64,000 nucleotides of DNA from Mobula hypostoma (GCF_963921235.1 NC_086097.1:51958001-52022000); one strand, 5' to 3'. Positions 1 to 13,070 are shown, numbered from the stretch's first letter. Numbers and translations are program-made. Notes: generated by a model from the sequence alone, not told the origin.

Positions 1-1065
1 TCAGCTCGTCAACCTTCCCCACAATACTCCTCGCATTGAAATAGACATGCTTCAGAAGATTATTACCACCACACACAATCCTTCTGTTTGTGACTTTGCA
101 TGAACTTTTAACATCATTTATTTTCGCCCCTGCTCCACTATCTGCTCTGGCACTCTGGTTCTCAACCCCCTGCAAATCTAGTTTAAACCCTTCCCAATAG
201 CACTAACAAACTTCCCTGCAAGGATATTGGTCCCCTTGTAGTTCAGGTATATCCTGTCTCTTTTGTACAGGTCCCACCTGCCCCAGAAGAAGTCCCAATG
301 ATCTTGAAATCTGAAACCCTGCCCCCTACACCAGTTCCTCAGCCATGTGTTCATCTGCCAGAGCATCCTATTCTTACCCTCACTGGCACGTGGCACAGGT
401 AGCAATCCTGAGATTACCACCCTCGAGGTCCTGCTTTTTAACTTCCTATCAAGCTCTATATACTCAATCTTCAGGACCTCCTCACTCTTTCTTCCTACGT
501 CATTGGTACAGATGTGTACCATGACATCTGGCTGATCACCCTCCCACTTCAGAATGCTGTGCATGCGATCAGAGACATCCCTGACCCTGGCACCCAGGAG
601 GCAACAAACCATACGGGAGTCACTGTCACGACCACAGAACCTGCTCCAGTTCCCTAACGCGGTTTCTTAGGAGCTGCAGCTGGATGCACTTCTTGCTGGT
701 GTCGTTGTCAGGGACACTGGGGGTCTCCCTGACTTCCCACATCCTGCAAGAGGAGCATTCCAACATCCTGCCTGGTATTCTCTCTACTCTGAACAAACAG
801 AACAAAACAACAACTTACCGGAACCTCCCCTCGCCTCTGCCTCTGTACGCTGAAGCCTGTTGAGCCAAAGCCATCCCACCCAGACTCAGTCCACTCCGAC
901 GATGGCCGCTTTGCTAGACGAAACTTCGTTTATAGTGCGCTAGCTGACCGGCTGTCTTCAGCTCCTCCGCTCCCAATTGGTTAGCTGTTTAAAAATCTGA
1001 AAAAGCCCACAAATCCTCTCCTTCTTAGCTCTGACAATGGCCTGTTTGCTAGACGAAACTGCTTT
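1..1065 (-). mobile_element. CR1 LINE 5' portion: 5' UTR, ORF1 (zinc-finger-like N-terminus plus SGNH/esterase domain) and start of the ORF2 endonuclease; runs off the window
   Basis: ORF 178-612 reads VHICTNDVGRKSEEVLK...VVISGLLPVPRASEGKNR...WLRNWCRGQGFRFQDHW, typical of CR1 ORF1 esterase. 650-780 translates ECSSCRMWEVRETPSVPDNDTSKKCIQLQLL. 1-55 translates LKHVYFNARSIVGKVDEL (APE start). Confidence 0.85.
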
Positions 1066-1067
1066 TA

Positions 1068-2423
1068 TATATGACTGAAACAGCCTAGCCAGGGTACAAT
1101 TATATTTTAATTAATTTGCCGTTCACTTCTGGTGTAAGCCATATTGCTGGTCTCTTGTTAGTTTTCACTTTGTAAATCTTAAGGCTACCCAATCCTGTGT
1201 CACTCTAATCATTATCAATTTTTTCATCAACAGAAAGCAGATTACTGCTCTGTTAGGAACTGCAACTTGATTATTTAATCTTCTTCTCCTTCCTGTGCAG
1301 TCATTTATTTTTCTGTCCGACATTCCCATTGTTGCATTTTCTGCAAGTTTTGTCTCTAAAGCTGCAGTGGTCTGGTGTATGTGAGCCCGTGACACATCAG
1401 CAACACAATTTGTTCATCCAGGCAGGTTTCTGTTCCTGACTACAACTCAGTTGCATCTCTGTCTGCTGTTTCCATTGATACAGCAATTTTAATTGTCCCT
1501 TTAAATAGAAGTTGTGCTTCAGTTAGGAGCCATTTTTGAATGTTTTCTTGTAAGATTCCACAAACTAAACAATTCTCAGTGCATCATTAAACCTATTACT
1601 GAAAAAAAATATTGCTCAGACAATCTCTTCAATTCAGTCACATACGCTGAAGTGGACTCTCCTTCCTTTTGATTCCACTTATGAAACCTAAAGTGTTCTG
1701 CAATCAACAGCGGCTTTGGTTCTAACTGGTCCTGCATTACTTGCATTATATCAGCAAAGCTCTTTTCGGCTGATTTGGTTGGAGCAGATAAATCTCTAAG
1801 CAGACTGTATGCCTTTAGATCTAATGCACTCTGCAAAACTGGTAATAGCTTCTCATTGGCTATTTCACTTGCATCAAAATAATACTCAATCCATTCAGTA
1901 TACAAAATCCAGTTATCTGTTGTGGAATTAAACATGTCAGTCTTTCCCATGTAGCCACCTACTTCTGCTAATTTTTAATGATTATTATCACCCGGTATTC
2001 ACTGTCTATGAACCCATAAATTTCTTCTGTTTTTTTGCCTTTTATAAACTTAATTGTCTTAGCACGTGCTGTACTGTTTGTTTTTTACTCAACTGCTTCT
2101 TTCTGCACATTTTTAAACTTGAACTTGCCGTGCTTCAACAGTTCAGTATCCACCTTGGGTTCATTTTAGAAATACCTCATCACCAGATTTTGTTTTGTAA
2201 CTCCAAAACATTCAACTAATTAAAAGGAAAAGACAGAAGTCCAAAATGTGAGTTTAACCTCATTTTACTTTCAGCGAATCATGTGGTAGTGTCATGGTGC
2301 ATGCAATTCATGTATTTTTACATATAACCTGCAGTGAATTTTTTAAATGAACAAGAATGCTTAATCACACACAATATATTTACAGTATTACTCAAATATT
2401 AGGGAACTATAAAATACACAACA
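1068..2423 (-). mobile_element. Truncated Gypsy/Ty3 LTR retrotransposon: 5' LTR, PBS, degraded gag with zinc knuckle, start of protease
   Basis: ORF 1576-1950 is gag-like (WILYTEWIEYYF...AYSLLRDLSAP...PLLIAEHFRFHKWNQKEGE). Knuckle remnant GSHTPDHCSFRDKTCRKCN lies near 1320-1400. Protease remnant IWLTPEVNGKLIKI..AVSVI lies near 1070-1145. Confidence 0.8.
2191..2423 (-). repeat. 5' LTR of the Gypsy element (TG...CA), followed by a PBS-like TGGTGATGAGG at ~2175-2185
   Basis: On the minus strand it begins TGTTGTG and ends ACAAAACA, immediately followed by AAATCTGGTGATGAGG, then the gag leader. Confidence 0.7.
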
Positions 2424-3360
2424 GGGTTGATTCAGAAGATAAAGATTCAGAGTGAATTGCAAGTTTGGATTCAGAACTGGCTTGTCCACAAGAGAGAGAC
2501 AGTAGGAGTGGAAGTCTGTAATTCTGGCAGAAGGTTCGTGACTGGTGGTGTTCCTCAAGGGTCGGAGTTGAAACCTCTTTTGTTTGTAATAGACAGTATT
2601 GTGCACAGGTGCACACATATATAGCTAGGGAGCCGAAGACTTTTGCACAGTACTGTAGTAATGTTATGTATTGCACTGTACTGCTGCCACAAAATAAAAA
2701 AGAATTTCATAATTTATGTGGGTGAAGATAAACCTAATTCTGATATGGGTCCCTATTGTGGAACAAGAGTGGGGAGGGGATGGAGAGAGGGGAAATCGTG
2801 GTTGAGAAAAGGGGAAGGGAGAGGGGAGGGAGTGGGAAGCAGCAGAGAGACATTCTGTAAAGATCACTAATCCAATTGTTTGGAAATCAAATGACCTTGC
2901 CTGCTGTCTCATGACTGGGTGTGTCTGCACCTGTGCCACCCCTCCTCCTGAAATGCCTCTTCTGCCACCTGTCCCACACCCCTCTCGTGGCACTCCACCC
3001 TCACCATTCCCAACATCCTTTGCTCCTGCCGGATTTACAAACTCGTTTTCCACTCAATGTTGACAAATACAGCACTGTGTAAGTCTTAGGCACTTTAGTT
3101 ATATATATGTGTGCGAAGATGTTTACTCAGTACTGTATATCAGTGATTTGAATAGAGGGAGAGAGGGGGTTTAATGGTGATGTGAGGGGCAAGTTTTCTT
3201 TACACTAAGAGTAGTAGGTGCATGGATCGGGTTACCAAGGGGATGGAATACGGGGTTTTGATGATACATAGCAAGATGACATTTAGTATAAATTGGCATC
3301 ATGATCGTACAACATTGTGGGCCGAATGGTCTGTCTGGTGTTGTACTGCTCTACGTGTTA
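2424..3360 (+). mobile_element. CR1 LINE fragments (RT piece and 3' end) interrupted by a MITE
   Basis: WIQNWLVHKRE...VTGGVPQGS..PLLFVI stops at the MITE. CR1 3' tail-like sequence (gggccgaatggtctgtctggtgttgtactgctcta) follows it. Confidence 0.7.
2594..3135 (+). mobile_element. Composite Tc1/mariner-type non-autonomous DNA transposon, copy 1
   Basis: Both ends are degenerate CAGTACTGTGCAAAAGTCTTAGGCAC...GTGCCTAAGACTTTTGCACAGTACTG units, with TA at the right flank. The interior is homologous to 9327-9793 and 27387-27943. Confidence 0.8.
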
Positions 3361-3857
3361 TGTGCAGTTCATCTTGCATATTAAAAGCACCAATTACTGG
3401 GTTATAAACCTACACACAGACATCAAGACCTGTCAATCAAGTTGTGGCAAATAAGTTATTGGAAAGTAAAATTGCAGGGATTATGTAAATTACATTACAC
3501 ATCTCATGACAGTTCATAACGTATTGTAGCATTTAATTACAACCACTGCCTCAGTGAGCTCTTATGGGTGACTAATATGATATAAAATAAGTCGTTATTC
3601 AGCAGTTTATCTAAAAATTCATGAATATCTAAAGAAAATACTAATGTAGTTAAAATGTTATCCTTTACATGTGTCAGGTCTCGCTATGTTAAAAATGATG
3701 TGATTAGAAATTCACGTAAGCTTGCTCACATGTGTTTAAATGGTATCATTCAGGGAATCTGCATTAGTTTTATGCAGGGCAGAGTGGAGAGAGCTTTACT
3801 AAACTTCTGTCTTTGGTATAAAAATGAAAAGTACCAGCATTTGCTTACAAAACCATG

Positions 3858-5210
3858 TGCGATATATTTTGAGAGGCTGGTGTTGAAGCACATCAGCTCC
3901 TGTCTGAATGGTGACTTGGATCCGCTCCAATTCACCTATCAAAGCAACAGGTCTACAGCAAATGCCATCTCGTTAGCTCATCACACAACCCTGGAACACC
4001 TGGACAGTAAAGATGCATACATCCAGATATTGGTTATCGACTACAGCTCAGCATTTAATAACATCACCCCCTCAAAACTGATCAGTAAACTCCAAGACTT
4101 GGGCCTCAATACCCCCTTGTACAATTGGATCTTGGATTTCCTCACTTGTAAACCCCAGTCACTTCAGACTGGCAAAAACATCTCCTCCATAATCTCCATC
4201 AGCACAGAAGCACCACAGGGATGTGTGCTAACCCCCTGTTTTACTCGTTCTACACCTATGACTGTGTGGCTAAGTACATCTCCAACACCATCTCCAAGTT
4301 TGCTCACTGTTATGGTTTGTATCAAAGTGGATAATGAATCAGCAGACAGGAGGGAGATTGAAAATTTGACTGAGTGGTGTAATAACAACAACGATAATTA
4401 ACAACTCAATGTCAATAAGACCAAGCAACTGATTGTAGACAGGAGAGGGAAACCAATGGTCCATGAGTCAGTAATCATTGGAGGATCAGAGGTGGAGATA
4501 ATCAGTAACTTTAAATTCATGGGTGTCACTATCTCAGAGGACCTGTCCTGGACTTATTAATATTATTGTGAATAAAAGCATAACAGTGTCTCTAGTTCCT
4601 CAGGAGTCTACAGAGATTTGACATGTCATCAGAAACCTTGGCAAACTTCTATAGATGTGTGATGGAAAGTGTGCTAACTGGCTGCATTACAGATGGTATG
4701 GGAAAACCAAAACCTTTGGGTGGAAAATCCTACAAAAGGTAATGGATTTGGCCCAGTACATTGTGGGTAAAATCATTCCAACTGTTGAGCACATCTACAT
4801 GAAACATTGCTGTAGAAAAGCAGCATCCATCATCAAAGATCCTCACCACCCAGGCCATGCTGTTTTCTCGCTGTTTCCATCAGATAGAAAGTACAATTAC
4901 CTGAGGACTCGCACTGCAGGTTACTACCCCTCAACCATCAGACTCTTGAACCAAAGGGGACAGCTATACCCATTCTGCTTCTGGTGTTCCCACAACGATG
5001 CTTTCACTTTAAGGACTCTTTATCTTGTTATTTCATGTTCATTATTTATTGCTAATTATTTATACCTGTATTTGCACAGTTTGTTCTCCATTGATCCTGT
5101 TTACGCTTACTGTTCTATAGATTTGCTAAGTATTTCACAGAAAATGAATCTTAAGGTTGTATGTGGTGACATGGATGTACTCTGATAATAACTTTTATTT
5201 TGAACTTTGA
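3858..5210 (+). mobile_element. Rex1/Babar LINE, degraded RT through 3' tail
   Basis: FERLVLKHI...LDPLQFTYQSNRSTANAI...DYSSAFN...WILDFLT...PQGCVL, with frameshifts. The tail ends gataataacttttattttgaactttga. Confidence 0.85.
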
Positions 5211-5389
5211 GATAACACACTCTCATGTTGTGCAAGAACTCTTGAGCTAGAAGCTCATAATACAAACCATCATTTCAAGTAGGATGGCCAACTTAGAGAC
5301 ATCCCTGCTTTTGAACTTGGAGCTGGCATTAAACATTTGTAATAAATCTAGAAGTTCTGTAAAACAGAGCTGAACGTGGTATCCTTCAT

Positions 5390-5792
5390 ACCAAGGATCA
5401 CCACCATCTGGCCCATACTCCCTTCTCACTGCTACTATCAGGTAGGAGGTGCAGAATCCTGATGTCCCACATCACCAGGTTCAGGATGCAACTCCTTGCC
5501 TGGACCCATCAGATTCTAGAATTGGCCTTCTCAACCGTAAACCTACCTCAGCCACAGAACACTACAGACGCCTCTTGCGCTACAACAAGCTTGTCTTTGA
5601 TTGATTTTGTTGTACCAATGTCTTGTTCTTGCACAGTCTTAGTTTTCCTCTCCCCTCACTGACTTGTGTGGTAAATATACCACTTGTGTGTAATTTCTAT
5701 GTTGTTGTTTGTACCTACAATATGTGCTTTTAATGCTGCTGAAAAGACATTTTTCATTGTACTTGTATGTATAACAATAAACTTGACTTGAT
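5390..5792 (+). mobile_element. Rex1-type LINE 3' fragment
   Basis: Contains a DHHHLAHTPFSLLLSGRR-like C-terminal remnant and the tail acaataaacttgacttga. Confidence 0.6.
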
Positions 5793-5929
5793 TCGCTAAA
5801 GTGCATGGAGTTGAAGAAGAAGTTGTCTAATGTGAGAACAAGTCCATCCAGGCAAATATGTGTTGGTGGATGGGAAATGGTTGAAGCTTAAGTTTATTAT
5901 TGTATACCTACACAGAGTAGAACTGTCAT

Positions 5930-7062
5930 GAAAATTCAGCATCTCCAACACCATCACACTGAGCACAGGGCCCCCCAGGGCTGTGTGCTCAGTCCACTGC
6001 TGTTCACTCTGCTGACCCATGACTGTGCAGCAATACACAGCTCGAATCATATCATCAAGTTTGCCGATGACACGACCGTGGTGGGTCTCATCAGCAAGGA
6101 CGATGAGTCAGCATACAGAGAGGAGATGCAGCAGCTAACGGACTGGTGCAGAGCCAACAACCTGTCTCTGAACGTGAACAAAACAAAAGAGATAGTTGTT
6201 GACTTCAGGAAGGCATGGAGCGACCACTCTCTGCTGAACATTGACATCTCCTCCATTGAGATTATTAAGAGCACCAAATTTCTTGGTGTTCACCTGGCGG
6301 AGAATCTCACCTGGTCCCTCAACACCAGCTCCATAGCCAAGAAAGCCCGGCAGCATCTCTACTTTCTGCAAAGGCTGAGAAAAGTCCATCTCCCACCCCC
6401 CAACCTCACCACATTCTACAGAGGATGTATTGAGAGCATCGTGAGCAGCTGCATCACTGCCTGGTTCGGGAATTGCACCGTCTTGGATCACAAGACCCTG
6501 CAGCAAATAGTGAGGTCAGCTGAGAAAATCATCGGGGTCTCTCCTCCCGCTCTTACAGACATTTACACCACACGCTGCACCTGCAAAGCTAACAGTGTTG
6601 TGAAGGACCCCACGCACCCCTCATACAAACTCTTCTCCCTCCTGCCATCTGGCAAAAGGTACCGAAGCATTCGGGCTCTCACGACCAGACTGTGCAACAG
6701 TTTCTTCCCCCAAGCCATCAGACTCCTCAACACTCAGAGTCTAGACTGACATCTACATCATTTATTATTATATTGTAATTTGTCCTCTACTGTGCCTATT
6801 ATCTTGTTTATTAATAATTGTACTGCCCTGTACTGTTTTGTGCACTTTATGTAGTCCTGTGTAGGTCTGTAGTCTAGTGCAGTTTTTATGTTGTTTTACA
6901 TAGTCTAGTGTAGCCTTGTGCTATCTCACATAGTCTAGTGTAGTTTTGTGTTGTTTCATGTAGCACCAGGGTCCTGGAGGAACATTGTTTCATTTTTACT
7001 GTGTACTGTACCAGCTGCTTATGGTCGAAATGACAATAAACTTGACTTGACTTGACTTGACT
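5930..7062 (+). mobile_element. Young 5'-truncated Rex1/Babar LINE (RT C-terminus intact)
   Basis: ORF 5928-6749 reads PQGCVLSPLLF...KFADDTTVVGLI...KTKEIVVDFRK...LYFLQRLRK. The 3' UTR has ~30-bp tandem repeats and ends AATAAA(CTTGA)n. Confidence 0.9.
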
Positions 7063-7470
7063 GGTGGCAGCACTGAGAAGACGGCATGGCTCAGATGGTG
7101 GGGCGTTCCTGGTGGTGGACGTTGCCTTTTTGAGATGTCCTGCATGATGCAAAGAGCTTTTCCTATAATGGAACGGACTCAGTCTATCACTCTCTGTAGT
7201 CTATTGGATTCCTGTACATTGGAGCTTCCATACCAGGCCATGATGCAAAACAGTCATAATGCTTTCCACTGTACATCTGTAGAAGTATTTCAGAGTCTTT
7301 GATGATATGTTAAATCTCCTTAATCAGATACTCCTCCTTCATCTTTGTCTCTATGTGTTTGTCCCAGGATAGGTCCTCTGAGATGCTGATACCCATCATC
7401 TTGAAACTACTCACCCTTTTCACTGCTGACCCCTCAGTGAGGATGAGGTGCATATGCCCTTGATTTCCCC
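7063..7470 (-). mobile_element. Old Rex1 LINE fragment
   Basis: EGSAVKRVSSFKMMGISISEDLSWDKHI in ORF 7310-7717. Confidence 0.65.
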
Positions 7471-7559
7471 AAGTAAGCCCGCACTTGTTGGGCTTCTGCT
7501 CAGGGAAGCAGCAGAAGGTCCTCTGACAAACCTCATGTGGGACAAGGTGTAGAAGTGCA

Positions 7560-7840
7560 CCTCCATGAGTTGGAACAGTTTCAGAAATTGTGACAGTTGT
7601 GAAGGGCATCAGAGAAGTTACAGATACAATGAGTGAGAAGGAACTAGACCAGTGAAGAAAGGATGGAATGAAGGTAAGAAGAAATAAGTTTGGTGAGGCA
7701 AGAGCAGGCTGAAACAAAGGGATTGCTCAGTCATTTTTGCTTGTGGGTCTTGGGAGGAGGAAGAGGCTGGCTGTGCAGGGCTGGGAGACCAGAAGACCAG
7801 AAGCCTTGGAAGAAAGATCTCCTGATGAGATGAGGCTGTA
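7560..7840 (-). mobile_element. Degraded Penelope-like RT fragment
   Basis: Minus-strand remnants LISSGDLSSKAS...VSQPCTASLFLLP resemble the PLE RT region preceding the PKIHK...GRPIVS motif; frameshifted. Confidence 0.5.
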
Positions 7841-8317
7841 ATTACCTTAAAGTGTTAGCAGAATACACAGCTGACCTAAGCCTAGAATCTATAATCAGAT
7901 GTTGCCAGAGCTCGGTTGAGTTGCCAAGCTCAGGTCTGTGTGGCTGTACTGTTAATAAGGTCGTAACTAGCAACTTCTTCGACACACAGTCTAACTGAGA
8001 TGCCAACTTCCAGCTCATTTGAATACATGTGAGGAATTTGAACTACTGAATGAGCGCCTGTTTCATGCTAATAACATATCTTGTTCATGGAGACAATCAG
8101 CCGCAACTTAAGCAAAGTTTTTGTTTGGACAAATGGTTTAAAACTTAGATAGCATAGGGCTGTCAGGTTTAGATAGAATTAGGGCTAAGTCCCTGATGAT
8201 GGGTATTTCAGGTTATTTAATTTGTTGCATCTTGTTTCTCTTGCTAAGACTGGAACAAAACCATATTAGAAGGGAGATAATGAAGAAACCACAAAGAGAA
8301 ATTGGAACAACCGTGAG

Positions 8318-8625
8318 AGTTAAAGATTAGCTTTACTTGCCACACGTACATCAAAACATGGAAACATAGAGTGAAATGCTTCTTCGGCATCGAGAATGCT
8401 GAGCCCACAAGTGTTGCTATCTTCCGGCTCCGACACAACATGCCCACATCTTACTAACCCTAACCCGTACGTCTTAGGAATGCGCGAGGAACCCGGAGTT
8501 CCTGGTGGAAACCCATGAATGTCACAGGAGAGTGTACAAGATCCTTACAGAGAGTGGCAAGAATTGAACCCAGTCAGTGATTTTTGGTGCTGTGGAGTGG
8601 TTGCACTAACTGCTACTGTGCCATC
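8318..8625 (-). mobile_element. tRNA-derived V-SINE-like element
   Basis: The minus strand has a box-B-like GGGTTCAATTCT, a V-domain-like gggtttccaccaggaactccgggttcctc, and a LINE-like tail (gtaaagctaatctttaac). Confidence 0.65.
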
Positions 8626-9326
8626 CCTGTGTTGGAGAAGTTGGAGTTCCCTTGAGTAGATCATTCAATGTGTGAAGCAGCTAATATTGCAACTACATGA
8701 AAATCATATAAATGCACTTCCATGCTAACTTACTATGGTTATGTACCGAACATGGGTAATTTGGGGTGGTATTGTTGATTGGTATCAATCCAAGAATACA
8801 AATCCCACGAAAAATCGTGTGCTTAGAATAGTTGTCAGAGCACCTGATAAATATATGGTAAATCTGGTAACAGTCCATTCTGATACAAGATTAAAACATC
8901 TCTCATTGAGGTCATCTAGCCAAGAAATCATGATTAACTGAGGAGAGAGATCTGAAATCTGCAGGAATGTATCCTAGCAAAGAGTACCCAAAAACGTATC
9001 CCCATTGAATTGGCTGAAGAATGAGTTGTTTTGTTTAATAATAACTGTTTTTTATTTTCTGGCCGGTCAATTCTTCCGGTACCTATTGCCTGTTGGTGGA
9101 ACTTGGACCACAGTTTATGGTGGTCTTGAAGAGGATAACAACAGCTATCAGTAATTAAGTTTGATGAAGCAGCCTACTATTGTTCTTAAATGCAAGCAGG
9201 GTCACTGTGATTCCAATAAAGACACAGCTATTCCTGCCACACCTCTCCTAATCAGAGAATTGTCACAAGGAAGAGTGTTAGCTAATGTGAGCACTGACAT
9301 GATTTCTGGATGATGAGTGTATAATA

Positions 9327-9793
9327 CAGTACTGAGCATAGTCTTAGGCACATACAGTACGTATAGTACATAAGACACTTGTGCAATAATATAGTAATTT
9401 TATGCTGCCGCAAAAAAAATGGACTGAGAGTGGGAAAGGGGTAGCGAGAAGGGAATCATGATTGGGGAAAGGGGAAGGGAGAGGGAAGAGAGAGCGGAGG
9501 GAATGGGAAGCTGCAGACATGCATTCTGTAATGATCAATAAGCCAATTGTTTGGAATCAATTGACCTTGCCTGGTGTCTCAGGGCTGGGTGTGTCTGAAC
9601 CTGCACCACCCCCCACCCTGGCACCCCTTCTCTGCGACCCGTCTCACACCCCTCCCATGGCGCTCCACCCTCACCATTCCCAACATCCTTTCCTCCAACT
9701 AGATCTCCATATTGACAAATACAGCACTGTGCAAAAGTCTTAGGCACCCTAGCTACATGCTGTATATGTGCCTAAAACTTTTACACAGTGATG
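9327..9793 (+). mobile_element. Composite Tc1/mariner-type non-autonomous DNA transposon, copy 2
   Basis: TA|CAGTACTGAGCATAGTCTTAGGCAC ... GTGCCTAAAACTTTTACACAGTGATG|TA; the interior matches copy 1 with an internal deletion. Confidence 0.8.
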
Positions 9794-10130
9794 TACATGC
9801 CACCTAAATGCACAATAATGTACCATTTTCCTAGATTAATAATATTCCTAAATATTATTCCTAAAAGATGTTTGAATTTGATGATTTCAAGAGAGTCACA
9901 GCCATTCCCACCACACCATTCCTATTTAGAGAATACTACTGGTAATGATTTTCTTGATTGCTGAAGCAACGTACAGACTGTCAAGATAATACGTGTAGAA
10001 CCATGGCCTTGATTTATTTTCTTTTTGGAAATCTGCCAGTTTTTTTGAAGATTGCAAATCAGTATGCATAGGAAAGTGAGGTAGAAAAATTGACTGACCC
10101 GTGCTGCCTTTTAAAGGACAATAAGTATGT

Positions 10131-10170
10131 CTGTTTCTCTCTCTCTCTCTCTCTCTCTCCCCCCCCCCCT
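10131..10170. repeat. (CT)n microsatellite plus poly-C
   Basis: ctctctctctctctctctctctcccccccccc. Confidence 0.9.
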
Positions 10171-12234
10171 TTCTGCTCTACAGTACACCTCACCTCTAAT
10201 AGTACTCACTTTATGCCTCCTTCATCACATTAAAGGTGACAAGCGGGATCCTTAATTTCCGCAAAACAAGTTCTGTGCATAAATGAGGCAACAGAATCAC
10301 TCTGTTGGACGTAGAGGACATCTCCTGGAAGGACACTCGTTTATCCATCTCCTTTATGTATTTCCAAGTATCCACATTGTTTCATAATATCTCCTTGGAT
10401 ATTACTTATTAAAGAACATTGAACGCTTTTAACTTTGCGGTTGCTCATTTCCAGCTCTGTAACAAGTACCCTGTCCTTTGTCCGTTGTGTCCACTGTGGC
10501 CGTTCTCTCTATGGAGCAGCGAGATCACCGAGACCCTACTCCCCAGAGAGATGTTCATGTTTGTGGGGATATCTGCTCAATAGATGGAAGCCGATGACGT
10601 AGTTCCAGCACAAATACTTCCTTGAAACGAAGTCCAGACTAATGCGTTGACATGTGAATGGATTGAACTCCGAGCTAATCATAATAATGAGGAACATTTT
10701 CCGGAACAGCACAGCACTGTGTAATTTATCTTTAAGTTCATGGGCTGGGTTGAGATGAAGTAATCAAGTATTTTGAAACCGTACCACCTTGCCATTACAT
10801 GTTGCTGCAGAATGGCTATAATCAACTCAACGCGTTAGAACAAGCATTTTAATACAGTTACTTAAAATCTCTTCATCTTCAGTGCGTGGAAGGATTTTTG
10901 TCCAGGTTCAGTCTGAGTAATTAATTCTTTGCTCTGAAGCAGAAACGGTTTTGCTTTGCACTAATTGCACTGCAATCATGCTGGCTATTAACTATCTGCT
11001 GGTTGGGTATCTGTGAAATGATGGCAACTAAGTTATTCTGTGGCTTATCTACTTCAGTGGGCATAGATGCTTCTGTTGGGGAAAAAAAAGAACTTCTTTT
11101 AACGTGAACGTGAACTCAGTCTGCATGCCAAGTAGCTCACCCTTTAGTCAGCAGCTTATTAAAAGTTATCAAAAATATTTCCATTGACTCATATGTATGC
11201 TGCACTCGCATTAACATATTGAAAAGAGCAAACATAATCAAGAATATTTCCTTTCCGAGATGGCTAGATGCCGAACTGTCATTGCCAGTCCTATGTCTGC
11301 AGTGTATTTTTATTAGTGTTTGTGGGGTAAAGGAAGTTCCACAGTCCAGTATTGAAAACATGCAACTGAATAAGAACAGAAGTCGAATAAAGAAGATAAA
11401 ACACTCTGCAGCTTGTGGGAAATAAGATAATTGAAAATGTGACAGTGCAACGAATTCAAACATTTTAGCAGACTCAGTCCTAAATGATTTAGGCTTGTCG
11501 TTAATCCAAGAAAACTGTGTATTATTGTGCCATTATTTTCACACTCATCATCCAGAATTTATGAAGTATCCATGGCCTGACCTTCAGTACTTACAGTAGC
11601 TTTTATTTTTCCTTGTGACATCAATGGGTCATTCATGTCCCTGTAGCTTAGATTTTATACCAGGCTTGAAACTGTGTGCTGGCAATCTAATATCAGAGAA
11701 TGCTGGAACTCTGCACTTGTACCAACCCCTCCAAGGTGATGGCTGTTTGTGTGGAATCCTTCAAAACTACTTATAAATCAATTTTTTGTTCACGGCCAAT
11801 GAAACAAAAAGTGACATTTAAACAGGTAATTGCATATTGATTGGGATACATTGGGAAAGTTTATTGTGCAATCAAATATTTTCTAACTGTTCCAATTACT
11901 CCAATGGACTTTTATTCTGTTTCAGAATCTGGGCATTGCTGATAAATCTAGCACCCTAATTGCCTTTCAGAAGGTGTTGGTGAACAGTAATATGAACGTG
12001 CTGGAGTTTCTTCAGTGAAGTACCTCCCATAATGCTGGTGAGTCTGGTGGGTAGCAAGTCCCAGGATTAAGATGTAACAATGACAATGAACTGGCAAATT
12101 TATCTCAAATTGATGTGTGACTTGTAAACATGCAAGTAGTGATGTTGCTACATATTTGGAACACCAGGCCAAAATCTGTTCTTGGACGTGGTAAATTACG
12201 AAATAAATAAATAGTGCAAGAAAGCAGAACAATG

Positions 12235-13070
12235 AGGTGGTGTTAATGCTCTAGCCTGAATAGGTTGGTGGAGAGGAAGAAACTGATGTTGGATCATTGA
12301 ATGTGGATCTTCAGTCTCCTATATCTCCTCCTTGATGGAAGTAATGAGGTGACCATAGTGAGGATCCTTAATGGTGGATGCCTCATTCTTGAGGCAGCAC
12401 TTCCTGAAGATGTCTTCGATGGTTGGGAGGGCTGAGCCCATGATGGAGCTTGCTGAGTCTACAACCCTCTGTAGCCTCTTGCGATCCTGTACATTGGAGC
12501 CTCCATATCAGACTGTGATGCCACCAGTCAGAATGCTCTCCACCGTACATCTGTACAAATTTGCAGGGGTGTTTGGAGATGTACCAAATGTGATCAAACT
12601 TCTAATGAAGTAGAGCCACTGGCGTGCCTTCTTCACAATTGCATCAATGTGTTGGGCCCAGGGCAGATCATCTGAGGTTTTGACATTCAGAACCTTAAAG
12701 CTGTCACCCCTTCCACTACTGACCCCTCAATGAGAATTGGAGTGTGTTCTCCTGACTTCTCCTTCCTGAAATCCACCATTAGTCACTTGGTTTTGCTAAC
12801 ACTTCGTGTGATGTTGTTGTGGCACCACTCAACTAGTCAATCTCCTCTAAGCCTCCTTGTTGCCACGAGATTTTACCAACAACAGTCAGCAAATTTATAG
12901 ATGGTGATTGAGCTGTGCTTAGCCATCCTGCCATGAGTGTACAGTGTAGCGAGCAGTGGGCTAAGCATGCTCCCTTGAGGTAGCCTGTGTTGACTGTTAA
13001 CGAGGAAGAGAGGTTATCTCCAATGACGAAGTCGAGGATCCAGCTACATAGGGCCATACAGTGGCCCCGG
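12235..13070 (-). mobile_element. Old Rex1 LINE, RT C-terminal and 3' part
   Basis: Remnants LCSWILDF and KKARQWLYFIRSL; continues at 14590-14715. Confidence 0.75.

Noticed and set aside
895..1060. Twice-repeated C(C/T)GAC(G/A)ATGGCC...GCTAGACGAAACT resembling a hammerhead core
   Set aside because: Stem II does not close next to GAAA and I see no stem I or III; better explained as a direct repeat in the CR1 5' UTR.
6850..6965. CRISPR-like repeat-spacer array
   Set aside because: The units are similar along their whole length with no unique spacers, the context is a eukaryotic LINE UTR, and there are no cas genes.
11137..11463. 108-aa ORF in unique sequence
   Set aside because: No recognisable domain or supported splice structure; consistent with a chance ORF.
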